DNA of 64,000 nucleotides from Tubiluchus corallicola (Eukaryota > Animalia > Priapulida). The position numbers and the translations under genes are program-made. The stretch lies in contig JAQGDQ010000893.1 in the NCBI GenBank assembly GCA_030141605.1, positions 15,764-79,763 of the forward strand, read 5' to 3'. Below are positions 52,043-64,000 of the stretch, piece after piece (positions within the stretch are counted from its first letter, which is position 1; each line of letters starts with the position of its first letter). The notes beneath the pieces are model-generated. The model ran no database searches. It had not been told where the DNA came from and saw only the letters and a program-made list of their open reading frames with translations.

Positions 52043-52683
52043 CGTAAGCGTGCATGCAAACCAAAACCGTCCATAAGTCGGCATAGTTAAAACTACGATA
52101 TGAACGCTTCAAAGTAATAGGCACCAAAAATTTGGTCAAATATCAGTTTTTTGTTTTTTATAAAAACAAACGTTAAATATATTGGACTTTTATATTCTTG
52201 CGTGACGTTAAAAAATAAAAAATTCCAAAACACTAAAAATCTAATTTTATAACATTTTATCCATTTTTCTTGCTATAAACTAGTAATGAACTCGTAAAAA
52301 ACTTCGACGAGAAGTCTTTTTGCTTCCTGTTTTTTTCTGTTGCCAAGCCCAGATCTTCGTAAGGAAGAGCCATCTACTGGATTTAAACATAACTTCAATG
52401 TGTCTTTGCAAGATCCGTAGCAACCAACGTTTGTGCAGCTGCAAAGTGTTTTGTAGAAATGCACCAAAATGGCTGACTTTTAACAGCGACTTCTCAAGAT
52501 AATGTTTTTCAGTGTGCAGCTTGCACTTCAACTTCAACGTGGATTATCTCAGCTTAGAAATAACATAGAGCGATGAAATTGGTACCAAAATGATCCCCAT
52601 GAAATGGAGATTCAGGATATGTGAATAACTAAAAACACTTAAATGTCGACTTATGGATGATTTTTCTATGCAAGCACACTTAA
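52043..52683. mobile_element. TIR element related to the 5718-8249 family
   Basis: aagcgtgcatgc..aaaaccgtccataagtcggcat vs atgtcgacttatggatgattttt..tgcaagcacactt; the subterminal gaaattggtaccaaaatgatc resembles the reverse complement of 5780-5800. Confidence 0.55.
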
Positions 52684-53699
52684 ATTGTTTCGATCTCCAA
52701 TGACTGGGAATTCCAACTGCTCAAAAACAATAGCAGCAATACTGACTCCATTAATTTTTTTTTCTTTTGCCCCTTTTCGTGCCTCTTCACAACATTCCGC
52801 ATTCTTCTTACTTTTAAAGCAAAACCGAGTGAAATCTTGAATTGTAGGTCTACTCTTTAAAATATTCAAAGGAAATTCATAATATGTTTTCAAAAATTAC
52901 TTATGCGAAAGAATTATTACCATATAAGCACAATTTCGCGTTTGCGTCACTAGTTCTTCGCTGTTATATGCATTTCGCCATTCGAAATTTAGACGGGGAC
53001 TAGGGCATGATTTGCATAAAAACAGGTTCTGTACCTGTCAGTTGAGATGTATTAGTTTGTGATGAACTGCACACTTTCGACAGCTCTTGCGTGAGCGCAG
53101 CGGTAAATTTGAAATTTGGATTTTTTTTGTTTTAAAACTTGCCTACTTTTAGTACAACCACTGAATGTCTTACAGTAATACTTCGCTTTCACAAGGTGTG
53201 CAACACACTCGTGGAATACTTTTGCTGTTGAAAATTTTGTTAGTTTGTGATTTCATCAATTGTTGGGCTCGCCCGCCATTAATCAAGTTTTTAATTTATA
53301 ATTTAATTATCAGAAATATTTTTGCGGGTTCAATAGTGTTAAAAAGGACACATTTTATCGGAATTGAAAATGGGGTAGTATGCGAAAAATCATCTTTAAC
53401 AATTGTGTTTGGTAAAAATTGCAAGTCTGTGCTCACTCAAGTAAAACAGTTGAGCAACTAAACGTTTGAGCTCAGACGCAACAGTAATTTGCGCAATTTT
53501 TAGTTGCATGTGTCTGCGCGCTTTCATGGATTTTAGTTATTTAACACATTTAAAAACTTCTAGTTGAGCAACTGAAAATTGCATGTCTGCGCAGGGCGTC
53601 AGAGGTTTAATAATTGAAGTAGTAATCGTTTTTTTGTCTTTGAGCGCTCCTTTTTAGTAGATTATTCCACCCCACTCTACAAAAGCTACTTTTTATTAA

Positions 53700-54550
53700 A
53701 GTCCAGTTTGTACCTGATATTTTTTTTAAATCCTGAGGGGAAATGACGCGTATGATTAGTTTACTTCGTCTTTGCTTTCAAAGCTGCGACGATTAGAATA
53801 AAACGTGCCGAATTACAGACCACCTGAGATGCTCTCTCCACACAAAGAGCAGCTTATAATGTAAATCCTGTAAAGTATTTGAATTGAGACGCAGTTCACG
53901 CCCTGCACTCAAAGCTGTGACGATTAGAATAAAACAAATTACAGACCACCTGAGATGCTTTCTCCACACAAAGAGCAGCTTATAATGGTTTTGTAAATCC
54001 CGTAAAGTATTTGAGTTCACGCCCTGCACACAAAGAAAGATTCTAATCTTCAACAATTTCCTCTATAATGGTCGAAAAAATAATGAGCCCCGCTTTTAAC
54101 CACTTGAGACCTGTTCTCTCCCTCTCTCTCTCTCAACACAAAAGAGCAGCTAAATTATAATCCTTGTGAAATATTTACCTGAGCCACGGGTAGCACCTAT
54201 AATCTTCCTTTTTGAAGAGGTTCCGCAGACTCGTCAACAATTTTAGCGGCGTGAGAAGTTCTGGGTAATGACCAACCTTGAATATGTTTGCTCTGCTAAA
54301 TAAACACTAGCGTCCCTTTTTAACAACTCCAGAGCTCTTGGAAATTTCCGTAAACTTTTCTGGCACCAGTACTGACTCGAAAAATGTTCTCACAATAACT
54401 GCTTGTCGTGAACTAATTCACTGAGTCACCTGCACTAAACAAAGCAATTAAAATTTAACTATTGTATTTTTAAACTTACATTGTTGGAAAATTCGTTGAA
54501 AATAATAACAGAATTACAAGATTTATTTGTTTTACCTCCATTGTAAACCT
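53700..54550 (+). repeat. Dispersed repeat family copy (same family as 22.3, 31 and 46.6 kb)
   Basis: tcaaagctgcgacgattagaa, gaccacctgagatgctctctccacacaaagagcagc, gcagttcacgccctgcac and aacttttctggcacca are shared with copy B. Confidence 0.75.
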
Positions 54551-55043
54551 AAAATAGTCAAGGTAGAAAGTACTTTACTGCTTAGAAATTAGCGTAATGT
54601 ATTTATCAGAAATTCATTCTTAGCATTTTGGCCAGAACCACTGCAGAGAGTTTATTCAGAGAGTTTATTCATTTTTTCCACATTGCATCATTACAATTAG
54701 CATTAAAACACAGATAATTTTCCATTTGAGTAAATATAAATATAAATATGAATAAATGCAATATTATCAAGAAATTACAGAATGCGGGATATACATGTGC
54801 AAATTTCATTACAGAATAATTTTTTGATGTATACAGTTTGAGCCTAAAAGCATAGCTTTGCAGGCCAAACTGTATGTGGAAATCTTAAAAAAATGGGGGG
54901 GGAGTAGTGAATGAAAGATGAAATGGAGCGAGAACTAAGAAAAACTGTGATCATGGTTACAAAGTGTTCAGTATCCTGTTAAACATAGTCACGTTATATT
55001 AAGATTACTGTAGGAAAAAATGCAGGTTATTACCATTATCAAA

Positions 55044-58000
55044 TTGTGGCAGAGAGTAGTTACGCAGTGAAACTCGTCTGCAGTAAATATCGTTATCGTA
55101 TTCGTCGTACTACATGTATCGGGTTTCATTTGACTTCATCGTATCGCCATAGCCATGAGTCAGCAGCGCAACAATCGGCTGGAAAGGAGAGCGATAGGGT
55201 ACGTAGCGCTAAAATTATCAACACTAGTCGGCAGGAGTTAAAAGCAGAAAAAGCTAGCGCAATATCTGCAGTCAAAGTTAAAGAATAAACTACTGCAATT
55301 AATCAGTCAAGATGTTCACCAGGACGAATGGGAAACACGTCAGAACATTTTAGATTTATTTGATAAGATAGACGAGGCGCAAAGTAGAGCAATGTCGGTG
55401 GTGGAGAATTTACTGGAAAATTACCTGGCAGATGAGACAGGGGGTTGAAAAATAGAAGAATGCATAGACGAGGTCATTGACGAATTCGAGAAGTTGTCTG
55501 ACGAGTACGCGACAATATACAGTAAAGCACAGGCCTACCTGCAAACCTTAAAACTGGGACATGGAGGCGGATCTACTGCTACAGCAAGGGCGTCAGCAAA
55601 CATCAAATCTGACAAAATGCATTCACCATGGGCTAAGCCACCTGCAAAACCTCTCGGGAGTGATAACGTCTGCTACTGAACATTATAACGTGAAAGCTGA
55701 ACTATACGAGGAAGCTCACTTCAATTCTAAGCAGCAAGAATTTAGCAACACATCATGGACCCGCCATCAACCAGCTGATCGGTACAACACAGCAGCTACC
55801 GTGCAGCATGAGGACGTTTCCATAGGTGTTGATATGTGGAGGTAATTAAAGAGAGTTTCCATCCCGGTTTTTAATGGAGACAAAAAGAGCTACGAAAATT
55901 GGAAAGCAGCGTTTTGTGCTTGTATATTCAGATTCATTATATATTGTATATTGTATATTGTAGATTCAGCGCCAGCGACAGCAGAGTATAAACTTTTGCA
56001 ACTTAGACAGTATTTATCCGGTGAGGCGTTGAAGGTCATTGAGAATTTGGGACATTCAGCAGTTGCATACCAAGCTGCTAAAGAGAGATTAGATAGAAAA
56101 TATGGCGGTCGTCGACGACAGGTGGCGCTGCAATTAGAAGAACTGGAAAGATTTAGGCCAATTCGAACTGAGCACGCTAAAGAAATAGAAAAATTCGCAG
56201 ATTTATTGGACTTGACCGTAGTAAATTTACAAGAGGCTGGTCGACACGAAGAGTTAGGTAATGGATCACTTTACGCCAAAATTAAAGAAGAAAATGCCAG
56301 AAAGCATATTGGCTCAATTCCAGCGTTGGCTATTCGAGAAACGTCGGGCAGAAAATGTTATTTCGCTAAGAGAATGGATAATTTGCGAGGATGGAGTTTT
56401 ACACAATAGCACACGAGACAGTGTATGGTTTAGGGGCCAGCAATTTGGACACAAAACTAAAACAGAGATCGTACTTTGGGACAACAGGTGATAACCAAGA
56501 AGCTGCAGTTTCCAGAAGTAGTCAATCACAAAGATTATGCAAAGTTTGCAATGGGCCTCACGGTGTTTGGAGGTGTGATGAGTTTCGCAAGATGAGCATT
56601 CCACAAAGATGGGACTCTGCAAAGCGGTTGAACTTATGCTATCGCTGTCTGGGGTCAGATCACCAAGGTCAAACCTGTCCACGTAGCAGAGTTTGTGGCA
56701 TAGACAGCTGCAAATACAATCACAACAGATTTCTACATTCGTCAAAAGAAGTTAGAGAAAATAATTCGCATTTAGCCGCGACCAACAAGAAGTACAACAA
56801 TGGTGTTGGTTCTACACCATCATCAATCAAACCTGCAGCTGAAGATGGTTCATCGCATCGCAGTAGCACATCGACCATACCACCTGGCAAACAAAATTCG
56901 GCTGTGACAATGACATCTGGCAATCCCAAGATAGTTGAAAAAATTATGTTGCGAACTATACCAATAATCGTGAAAAATGGAAATCGACAATCAACGCGTT
57001 ATTAGATGATGCCAGCACAAGATCATACATCAACTCGGATGTAGCAGCAGAGTTAGGACTTGAGGGTGAGACTCAGCAGATTAACGTCAGCGTTTTAAAT
57101 GGGCAAACAAAAGTTTTCGAAACAAGACCTGTAACATTTAATCTACAGAGTGTCAACGGCCAGCTGGACATGAAATTCAGCGCATTAACGGCTGAAAGAG
57201 TTACCGGAAATTTAAATGTAATAAACTGGAATGAATGCAGTCACAAGTGGGACCATTTGAAAGCTATTGAATTTCCAAAACTAGGACGTCGCCTCATCGT
57301 AGACATGTTGATTGGCAGCGATTACACCGATTTACATTATTCGTACAGAGATGTTCGTGGAAAGCCAGGGGAGCCAATAGCTAGATTAACTCCACTCGGA
57401 TGGACATGTATAGGACAACCAAATGATTGCGACAGTTATCGTGTTCGCACCAATTTCGTTCACACGTATTTTTCGGCTGAGGCTAGTGAAATTCGGCTTG
57501 ATGAGATGTTGCAACAATTTTGCAGATAGATTCAGTTGGCACGATGCCAACTTGCCGCATTCTGGATATTGATGCAGAGAACGCGTTAGCTAAAGTAGAA
57601 AAATCCATGAAAATGACGGATGGACATTATGAGGTTTGCATACCATGGAAAGATAATTCAGTTGAGCTGCCTAGCGCGAAATTGAGCTACGAAAAGGCAC
57701 TGAAAAGACTACAGAGCACCGAAAAACGTCTACTAAAAAATCCAGAAGTGGCAAAAATATACGAAGATAATATTCAGCAGTATGTGGAGAAAGGCTACAT
57801 ACGTCAAGTGATATCATTAGAAGATCAGCAATGCGGACGATGGTTTTTACCCCATTTTCCAATAATCAGACCAGATAGAGAGACAACAAAAGTACGCATG
57901 GTATTTGATTCGTCAGAAGAATGCGATGGAGTCTCGCTGAATGATGTCATTAGTCCCGGACCAAAGCTGCAGAGAGACTTATTCGATGTCTTGCTTCGTT

Positions 58001-61000
58001 TTCGTAAAAATCCTGTAGCATTGGTATCGGACATTGCAGAGATGTACTTGATGATTAAAATTGTTCCTGAGGACAGGGTTTACCATAGATTTCTCTGGAG
58101 GAATTTCGAAAACAGACAGCCTGACCAATATGAATTCGAAAGGGTAGTTTTTGGTGTAAATGCATCACCATTTCTTGCACAATTTGTGACCGTACTCTAC
58201 TCGACGTGTATGGACGATAGCATGGATTCAGCCATCGACGATGAACAAGGCATAGAGCTCTACACTCAGTTGTCCAGTCTTTGGGAAAAGGCTGGCATGC
58301 GAGCTCGTAAATGGTTATCAAATTCACCTGTAGTGCTAGCCGAGATACCACAAGAGGAGAGAGCATCAGAAATTAACTTAGATGAAGGACTTCCGAGTAT
58401 AAAAACACTTGGAGTACTATGGCTGGCAAAGGAAGATGTTTTCACCTTCAAACCAAAATCCATAGACATCGACAATTTCGTATTTACCAAGCGTAATATA
58501 CTGAGGAAGATCGCTACAATATTTGATCCATTGGGATTTCTGGCAGCATTTCTCATTCGAGGCAAAATTATCATGCAGGAAATGTGGACAGCCGGTTTAG
58601 GATGGGACGACGAGCTTGACGAAAACTTGCAATGGAAAGCCAAAATGTGGTTTACAGAATTGATCGAGATGCCAGAAATTCATATTCCGAGATGTTTGGT
58701 CACGGAGGGGGGTACAGATTCATGCACACTGCACACATTCGTAGATGCATCGCAAGAAGCCTATGCAGCAGTTAGCTATCTACATTGTACCTATCCTGAT
58801 GGAACTATATCGTGTAGACTCATCGCAGCAAAGTCTCGTGTAACCCCTCTGATTGCAATTAGTATTCCACGACTAGAAATGATGGCTGCAATACTGGGGC
58901 TAAGGCTTACGGACCACATAGCTGGTGCACTAAACATGGAACTAAAAAATGCAATTTTTTGGTGTGATAGTATGAACGTTTTATGGTGGATAAGGAGTAG
59001 AAGTCGCACACTGAAACCGTTCATCGCTAATCGTATAGGCGAAATTCAGAGTCAAACATTTCCACATCAATGGCGGCATGTCACATAAAAAGAGAATGCT
59101 GCTGATGCTGTGACTAGAGGGAAAACTGCAAATCAACTTATTAATGATGAAAAATGGTGGAGAGGACCGAAATTTCTTCACAAGAACGAGCAAGAATGGC
59201 CATCTAAAATTATAGAATTTCAGCAAATGGATGACGCAGAACTTAGAAAGCCAACAAAAATTAGGCATGTATCTAATCGTGAAACTGCTGAAACTTACAT
59301 TACTGGACCAATACAAAACCAGGATGACAATTGGCGTCTAAAACCTGAGCGGTTTTCCAGTTGGTTACGACTGATTCGAGTACAAGCATGGGTACATCGT
59401 TTTCTAGAAAACTGTCGTGATTCAAAACTGCACAAGAAGTTTGGAGAATTAGAGCCAGACGAATTGCAAGACGTTGAGATAAGCATTGTACGAAACATGC
59501 AACGTGAAGCCTTTTCACTGGAATACAAATTACTCCAGAATAACCAACAGTTACCGAAGAATAGCAATTTATTAAAGCTGCAACCTAGATTAGACGAGGA
59601 TGGAGTTATTCGCAGCGAAGGACGTCTCATTCACGCAGAATACTTATCGTACGATGCACGCCATCCGATCATTCTGCCTAAGAATAACTGGGTGACCAAG
59701 TTGATAATTGGACGTCATCATGGAAAAGCTCATCATGCAATAGGGGTGAATCAGACTCTTGCTTCACTGTCAGCTCGATATTGGATAATCTCTGGCAGGG
59801 AAGAAATCAGAAAATTTGAGAAAGAATGTGCAAAATGTCGTAAGCAGAAAGCTCAATCTGCAACGCAAGTGATGGCACCAATTCCAGAGATCAGAGTCAA
59901 ACTGCCTTTACGAGCTTTTGCTAGGACAGCAGTGGATTTTGCTGGACCTTTTATTACAGTTCAAGGAAGAGGAAAACGTCGACAGAAACGCTATCTTTGC
60001 CTCTTCACTTGTATGACATCGCGGGCAGTGCATTTAGAGATAGCGTTTGGCCTTGACACTGATTCGTACTTAAACGCCTTTTATCGCATGGTCAATCGCA
60101 GAGGTTTGCCAACTGAGATGCTTTCTGACAACGGTTTAAACTTCGTAGGAGCGAACAATGAACTACAAAGTCTTTTAGTGATATTAGATGAAGAGAAGAT
60201 TCAACGGACATCTGCAAACCAAGGTATCAAGTGGCATTTTAATCCACCATTAGCACCACATTTTGGAGGAGCCTATGAAATAATGGTAAAAGCCGCAAAA
60301 CGAGCCATATTCGCTATTCTCGGAAACGCTGACGTCACGGATGAAGAACTCATGACAGCATTTACCGGAGCAGAAGCACTATTAAATTCGAGACCATTGA
60401 TGTACCAAACAGCAGATGAGAAAGATGACATTCCCTTGACGCCAAACCATTTTTTATTTATGCAAGTTGGTGGACAATTCGCGCCCGAATCAGTGGATAA
60501 CACAGACTTTAATCCTAGAAAGCGTTGGAGGCGTGTCCAAGAATTAATACGTCACTTTTGGAAAAGATGGATGCGAGAGTGGCTTCCAGGACTCAACAGA
60601 CGCAGTAAATGGAATCGTGTGCAGAGAGACATTCAAGTAAACGACATCGTACTTGTGATATCTCCAAATACACCTAGAGGACAGTGGCCTATGGGACGCA
60701 AACTAGAAGTCTACCCTGGTAGCGACGGGCACACTCGAGTTGCAAAACTGAAGATTGGCAATAGTGAACTTACACGACCAATCACCAAACCCTGTCCACT
60801 GGAGTTCATTGAGGAAGAAAAACCCGACAAGTGAAGTTTCTACAAACACTGCAGATGATCAGCACCACAGAAAATTATTACTATGATTTTGCGATTATTC
60901 GTTTTCGTACTGCTTGCTAAAGTTTGCAAGAATTTTGTTTTTTGTAGTTAAACGTAAACGTCATGTAGCACAGAATAGAAAATTTTAATTACCGAATGTT

Positions 61001-61135
61001 AGAATAACTTTTGTTGACATGTTTTGTTAAAACTTATCAAGAGGGGGGAAATGTTCGGAAGATTTTTCTCTGCTTGCCCTTTAATGTAAAGTTGCACTTA
61101 TTTAAAATTGCCTGTAAAACTTGGCTTCGTTATAT
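55044..61135 (+). mobile_element. Decayed near full-length BEL/Pao LTR retrotransposon
   Basis: Gag (IPVFNGD..YENWKAAF; KLLQLRQYLSGEA; CKVC..H..C, CYRC...H....C, CGIDSC..H zinc knuckles); protease ALLDDASTRSYI; RT (WFLPHFP, GPKLQ..L..VLLRFR, DIAEMY); RNase H region LHTFVDAS, WCDS; integrase VDFAGP, SDNG.NF, P.FGG.YE; C-terminal RWRRVQ..FWKRW. PPT aagaggggggaaa at 61039-61051, then LTR start TGTTCGGAAG at 61052. Several stops and frameshifts. Confidence 0.93.
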
Positions 61136-61762
61136 NNNNNNNNNNNNNNNNNNNNNNNNNNNNNNNNNNNNNNNNNNNNNNNNNNNNNNNNNNNNNNNNN
61201 NNNNNNNNNNNNNNNNNNNNNNNNNNNNNNNNNNNNNNNNNNNNNNNNNNNNNNNNNNNNNNNNNNNNNNNNNNNNNNNNNNNNNNNNNNNNNNNNNNNN
61301 NNNNNNNNNNNNNNNNNNNNNNNNNNNNNNNNNNNNNNNNNNNNNNNNNNNNNNNNNNNNNNNNNNNNNNNNNNNNNNNNNNNNNNNNNNNNNNNNNNNN
61401 NNNNNNNNNNNNNNNNNNNNNNNNNNNNNNNNNNNNNNNNNNNNNNNNNNNNNNNNNNNNNNNNNNNNNNNNNNNNNNNNNNNNNNNNNNNNNNNNNNNN
61501 NNNNNNNNNNNNNNNNNNNNNNNNNNNNNNNNNNNNNNNNNNNNNNNNNNNNNNNNNNNNNNNNNNNNNNNNNNNNNNNNNNNNNNNNNNNNNNNNNNNN
61601 NNNNNNNNNNNNNNNNNNNNNNNNNNNNNNNNNNNNNNNNNNNNNNNNNNNNNNNNNNNNNNNNNNNNNNNNNNNNNNNNNNNNNNNNNNNNNNNNNNNN
61701 NNNNNNNNNNNNNNNNNNNNNNNNNNNNNNNNNNNNNNNNNNNNNNNNNNNNNNNNNNNNNN
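61136..61762. other. Assembly gap (N run)
   Basis: 627 N bases. Confidence 1.
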
Positions 61763-62262
61763 ACGAGTAACATAATGTCAACTAAATCTTACATTCGAAC
61801 CACCCCTAATCCCTCAAGAAACATTCCAATAGCTTTCACTCGACTGTGTTTAGAAGAACATCGTTTGGAAATTGAAGCAGTCAGGTTGAGCCACCAACAA
61901 CGAGAACAAAGATTATGCCCATGTGGATCTATACAAACGGAAGAACATATATTAATCAGCTGTCCTCAAACTGATCACTTAAGAAGGCAGTTCACCGATG
62001 TAGACTTCGAATCATTAACTTCAATATTGTCTTGCAAAAATCATTTAAAAGTTGTTATCTTTTTCTGAAAGTGTTTGAGTTGTGTGTGTGTATACACTTA
62101 AGTTAAATTACATTGTGTGAATTAATAGTTTAATAGTGAAGCAGTGTTTGGATGTCGTGTAATGTAACTTTGTAAACTCTGTGGAGTAATTCTGTGTTAC
62201 CCCACCATAGTTAAATATATGTTTTGTTGTAAAAACCTAGTCAACAAAAACTACTACTGCTA
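61763..62262 (+). mobile_element. LINE 3' end fragment
   Basis: AFTRL....HRLEIE..R.....REQRLCPCGSIQTEEHILISCP C-terminal Zn-knuckle region typical of non-LTR ORF2; short (cta)n tail near 62250. Confidence 0.7.
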
Positions 62263-63354
62263 ATAGCAAAACATTTACATTAATTGTAGTTACAACTGTA
62301 GGAATGCATTGAGGCGGGAAAGGAATCTGCTATTACTGAATTTGAATTTATGAAAAGAAACATGTAGATTGAGGAAGAAGCATTAGAAATGGCGATGAGT
62401 GCTCATGAGGGCCATTCTAATAAGTTTCTTAAATTTGGTTGACTTGAGATAAACAAATCAGCCATAATTCAACTCGTTCGGTGAGTGAAAGATGATACCT
62501 CAATAATTAATAGTATAATAAAGTGTTTATTATCACAAAGACATTAGTCCGTTCTTTACACTGTTTCTGCAAGACTTACTCACAGGTAATTCAATAAAAC
62601 CATTAAACAACTCTGAAAAGACACTGATATGACACTAAAATGGTGAATTCTTAACTGACCGTCCATTCAAAAAGACATTCCTTTCTCAAGTGACGAGCGG
62701 CAAAGACGTGGGCGGATGTGACGTGATAAGCATCAACCAACTGAAGAATTTGACGAAATTCCGAACTCTCAGTACGACTTGACAAGAAACTATCCCAGTT
62801 ATATATAATTGTTATGGGGAAAACAAAGTCATAGATCATCAATGTTAAATCGGCTTCGGTCACAGTGACAAACATAATACGACAGGGAGAGTACTGCTAA
62901 ACCAGATGGTTTTTGCTGACAAAGTTAATAACAGAAGCGTTTGTAAGCAAACCAGCAAATTAACGACAATCATTGAGGTTGACCTTGAACAAAGGTCAGA
63001 GGTCAACACACTACTGTCCCTCCCTCCCACATGGCTATGTGTTCTGTGAGTTTCGTTATCATTGCTTGTATACTTTTAGAGCTATTAAGCAAAACGTAAG
63101 AGCATAATGTACACAATGAAATTGTTGTATTGTTGTGGCAAAATCTTTATAACTGCAAGTAAGCCTGGTAGTACGGTACAGTACGAAAAAATACCGTACA
63201 GTGCTTCCGTACTGTACCTGCAAAATTGAATCGTATCGCATTAGTACGATAAAATACGTTTCGTGCCCTAAATTACAACCCTAATGAGCTATTAAGCGAA
63301 ACCTTTACAGAAAAAATAAAGAACTGTCTTTGTCCTTAAAAGTACCCAAGTGTG

Positions 63355-64000
63355 CATCTGTGAACGTTTTGGAATTATAAGCCTCCAAAATTGAGGACCA
63401 TTTCGTGACCTTTTAGTGTCCCGGAATAGCGGGCCAAAATGCAACATTTTATAAAAATGTCCAAAATGATGTTAGGAATCATTCCTGAACGTTTTGCAGC
63501 TGTATCCAGTCAATCCCCTTTTTTCTCCTCACATACCGGACTACTAGTCTGTGGCCTCGATAAATGCCATTTTGCGAGCTTTGTTGCTCGCGGATTTTTA
63601 TTCACCAAGAATCATGCTTAAACTTGTGTGTTCGACAAACTCGGACCGGGTTCAGTGCAACAATCTACGCCAGACAAAACAGATCAAACCAATAAAAAGC
63701 AATGATTTTGTCACGTGTCAACTGGTATTAACCCGTTAACTATTGCTTTGACTGGCATTGAGTGCTCCATCCAAGATCTGTTGTGCGCGGGAAAATTTTG
63801 ACTGCAACAATTTCTGTCAGACATTTTTGTTGGAAACAAAATTTATGCTATAGGGTTTGCGACAACGATTTAATGCAGAGATCCCAGGCAATACTGATGT
63901 TGAGATTAAACACTAAGGCACTTTATCAATCAGTCTATTTAGCTTAACACTAATTAGGATAAAATTAATGTAGCAGCCATAAAACGACATGCAAAAGAAT
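63355..64000 (-). repeat. Inverted copy of the 23.5-24.2 kb dispersed repeat
   Basis: gttttggaattataagcctccaaa..ccatttcgtga..tagtgtc..gcgggccaaaat is the reverse complement of 24088-24170; homology continues to the window end. Confidence 0.75.

Noticed and set aside
61011-61781. ORFs spanning X residues
   Set aside because: Created by the N gap.

Overview
AT-rich, repeat-dense animal (probably invertebrate) genomic DNA with an assembly gap at 61136-61762. Every recognisable host gene here encodes a predicted type II membrane, Golgi-type enzyme, and all lie within ~34 kb (11.5-45.5 kb). There are three GT31 (galactosyltransferase-family) genes, an EGF-stem class I SAM methyltransferase, a GT10 alpha-1,3/4-fucosyltransferase and a Sulfotransfer_2 (CHST8-14-like) sulfotransferase, four of them forming two head-to-head pairs. 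This looks like a multi-family glycan-modification gene cluster undergoing birth and death. The methyltransferase is intact. One GT31 is spliced and ends in a tandem repeat. The rest carry an in-frame TAG, a frameshift, a minisatellite truncation or multiple deletions. The remainder is minisatellites (19-121 bp units), long microsatellites, TIR elements/MITEs, LINE fragments, a dispersed repeat family with a large inverted pair, and a decayed near full-length BEL/Pao LTR retrotransposon. Family calls come from motif recognition only; no database searches were run.
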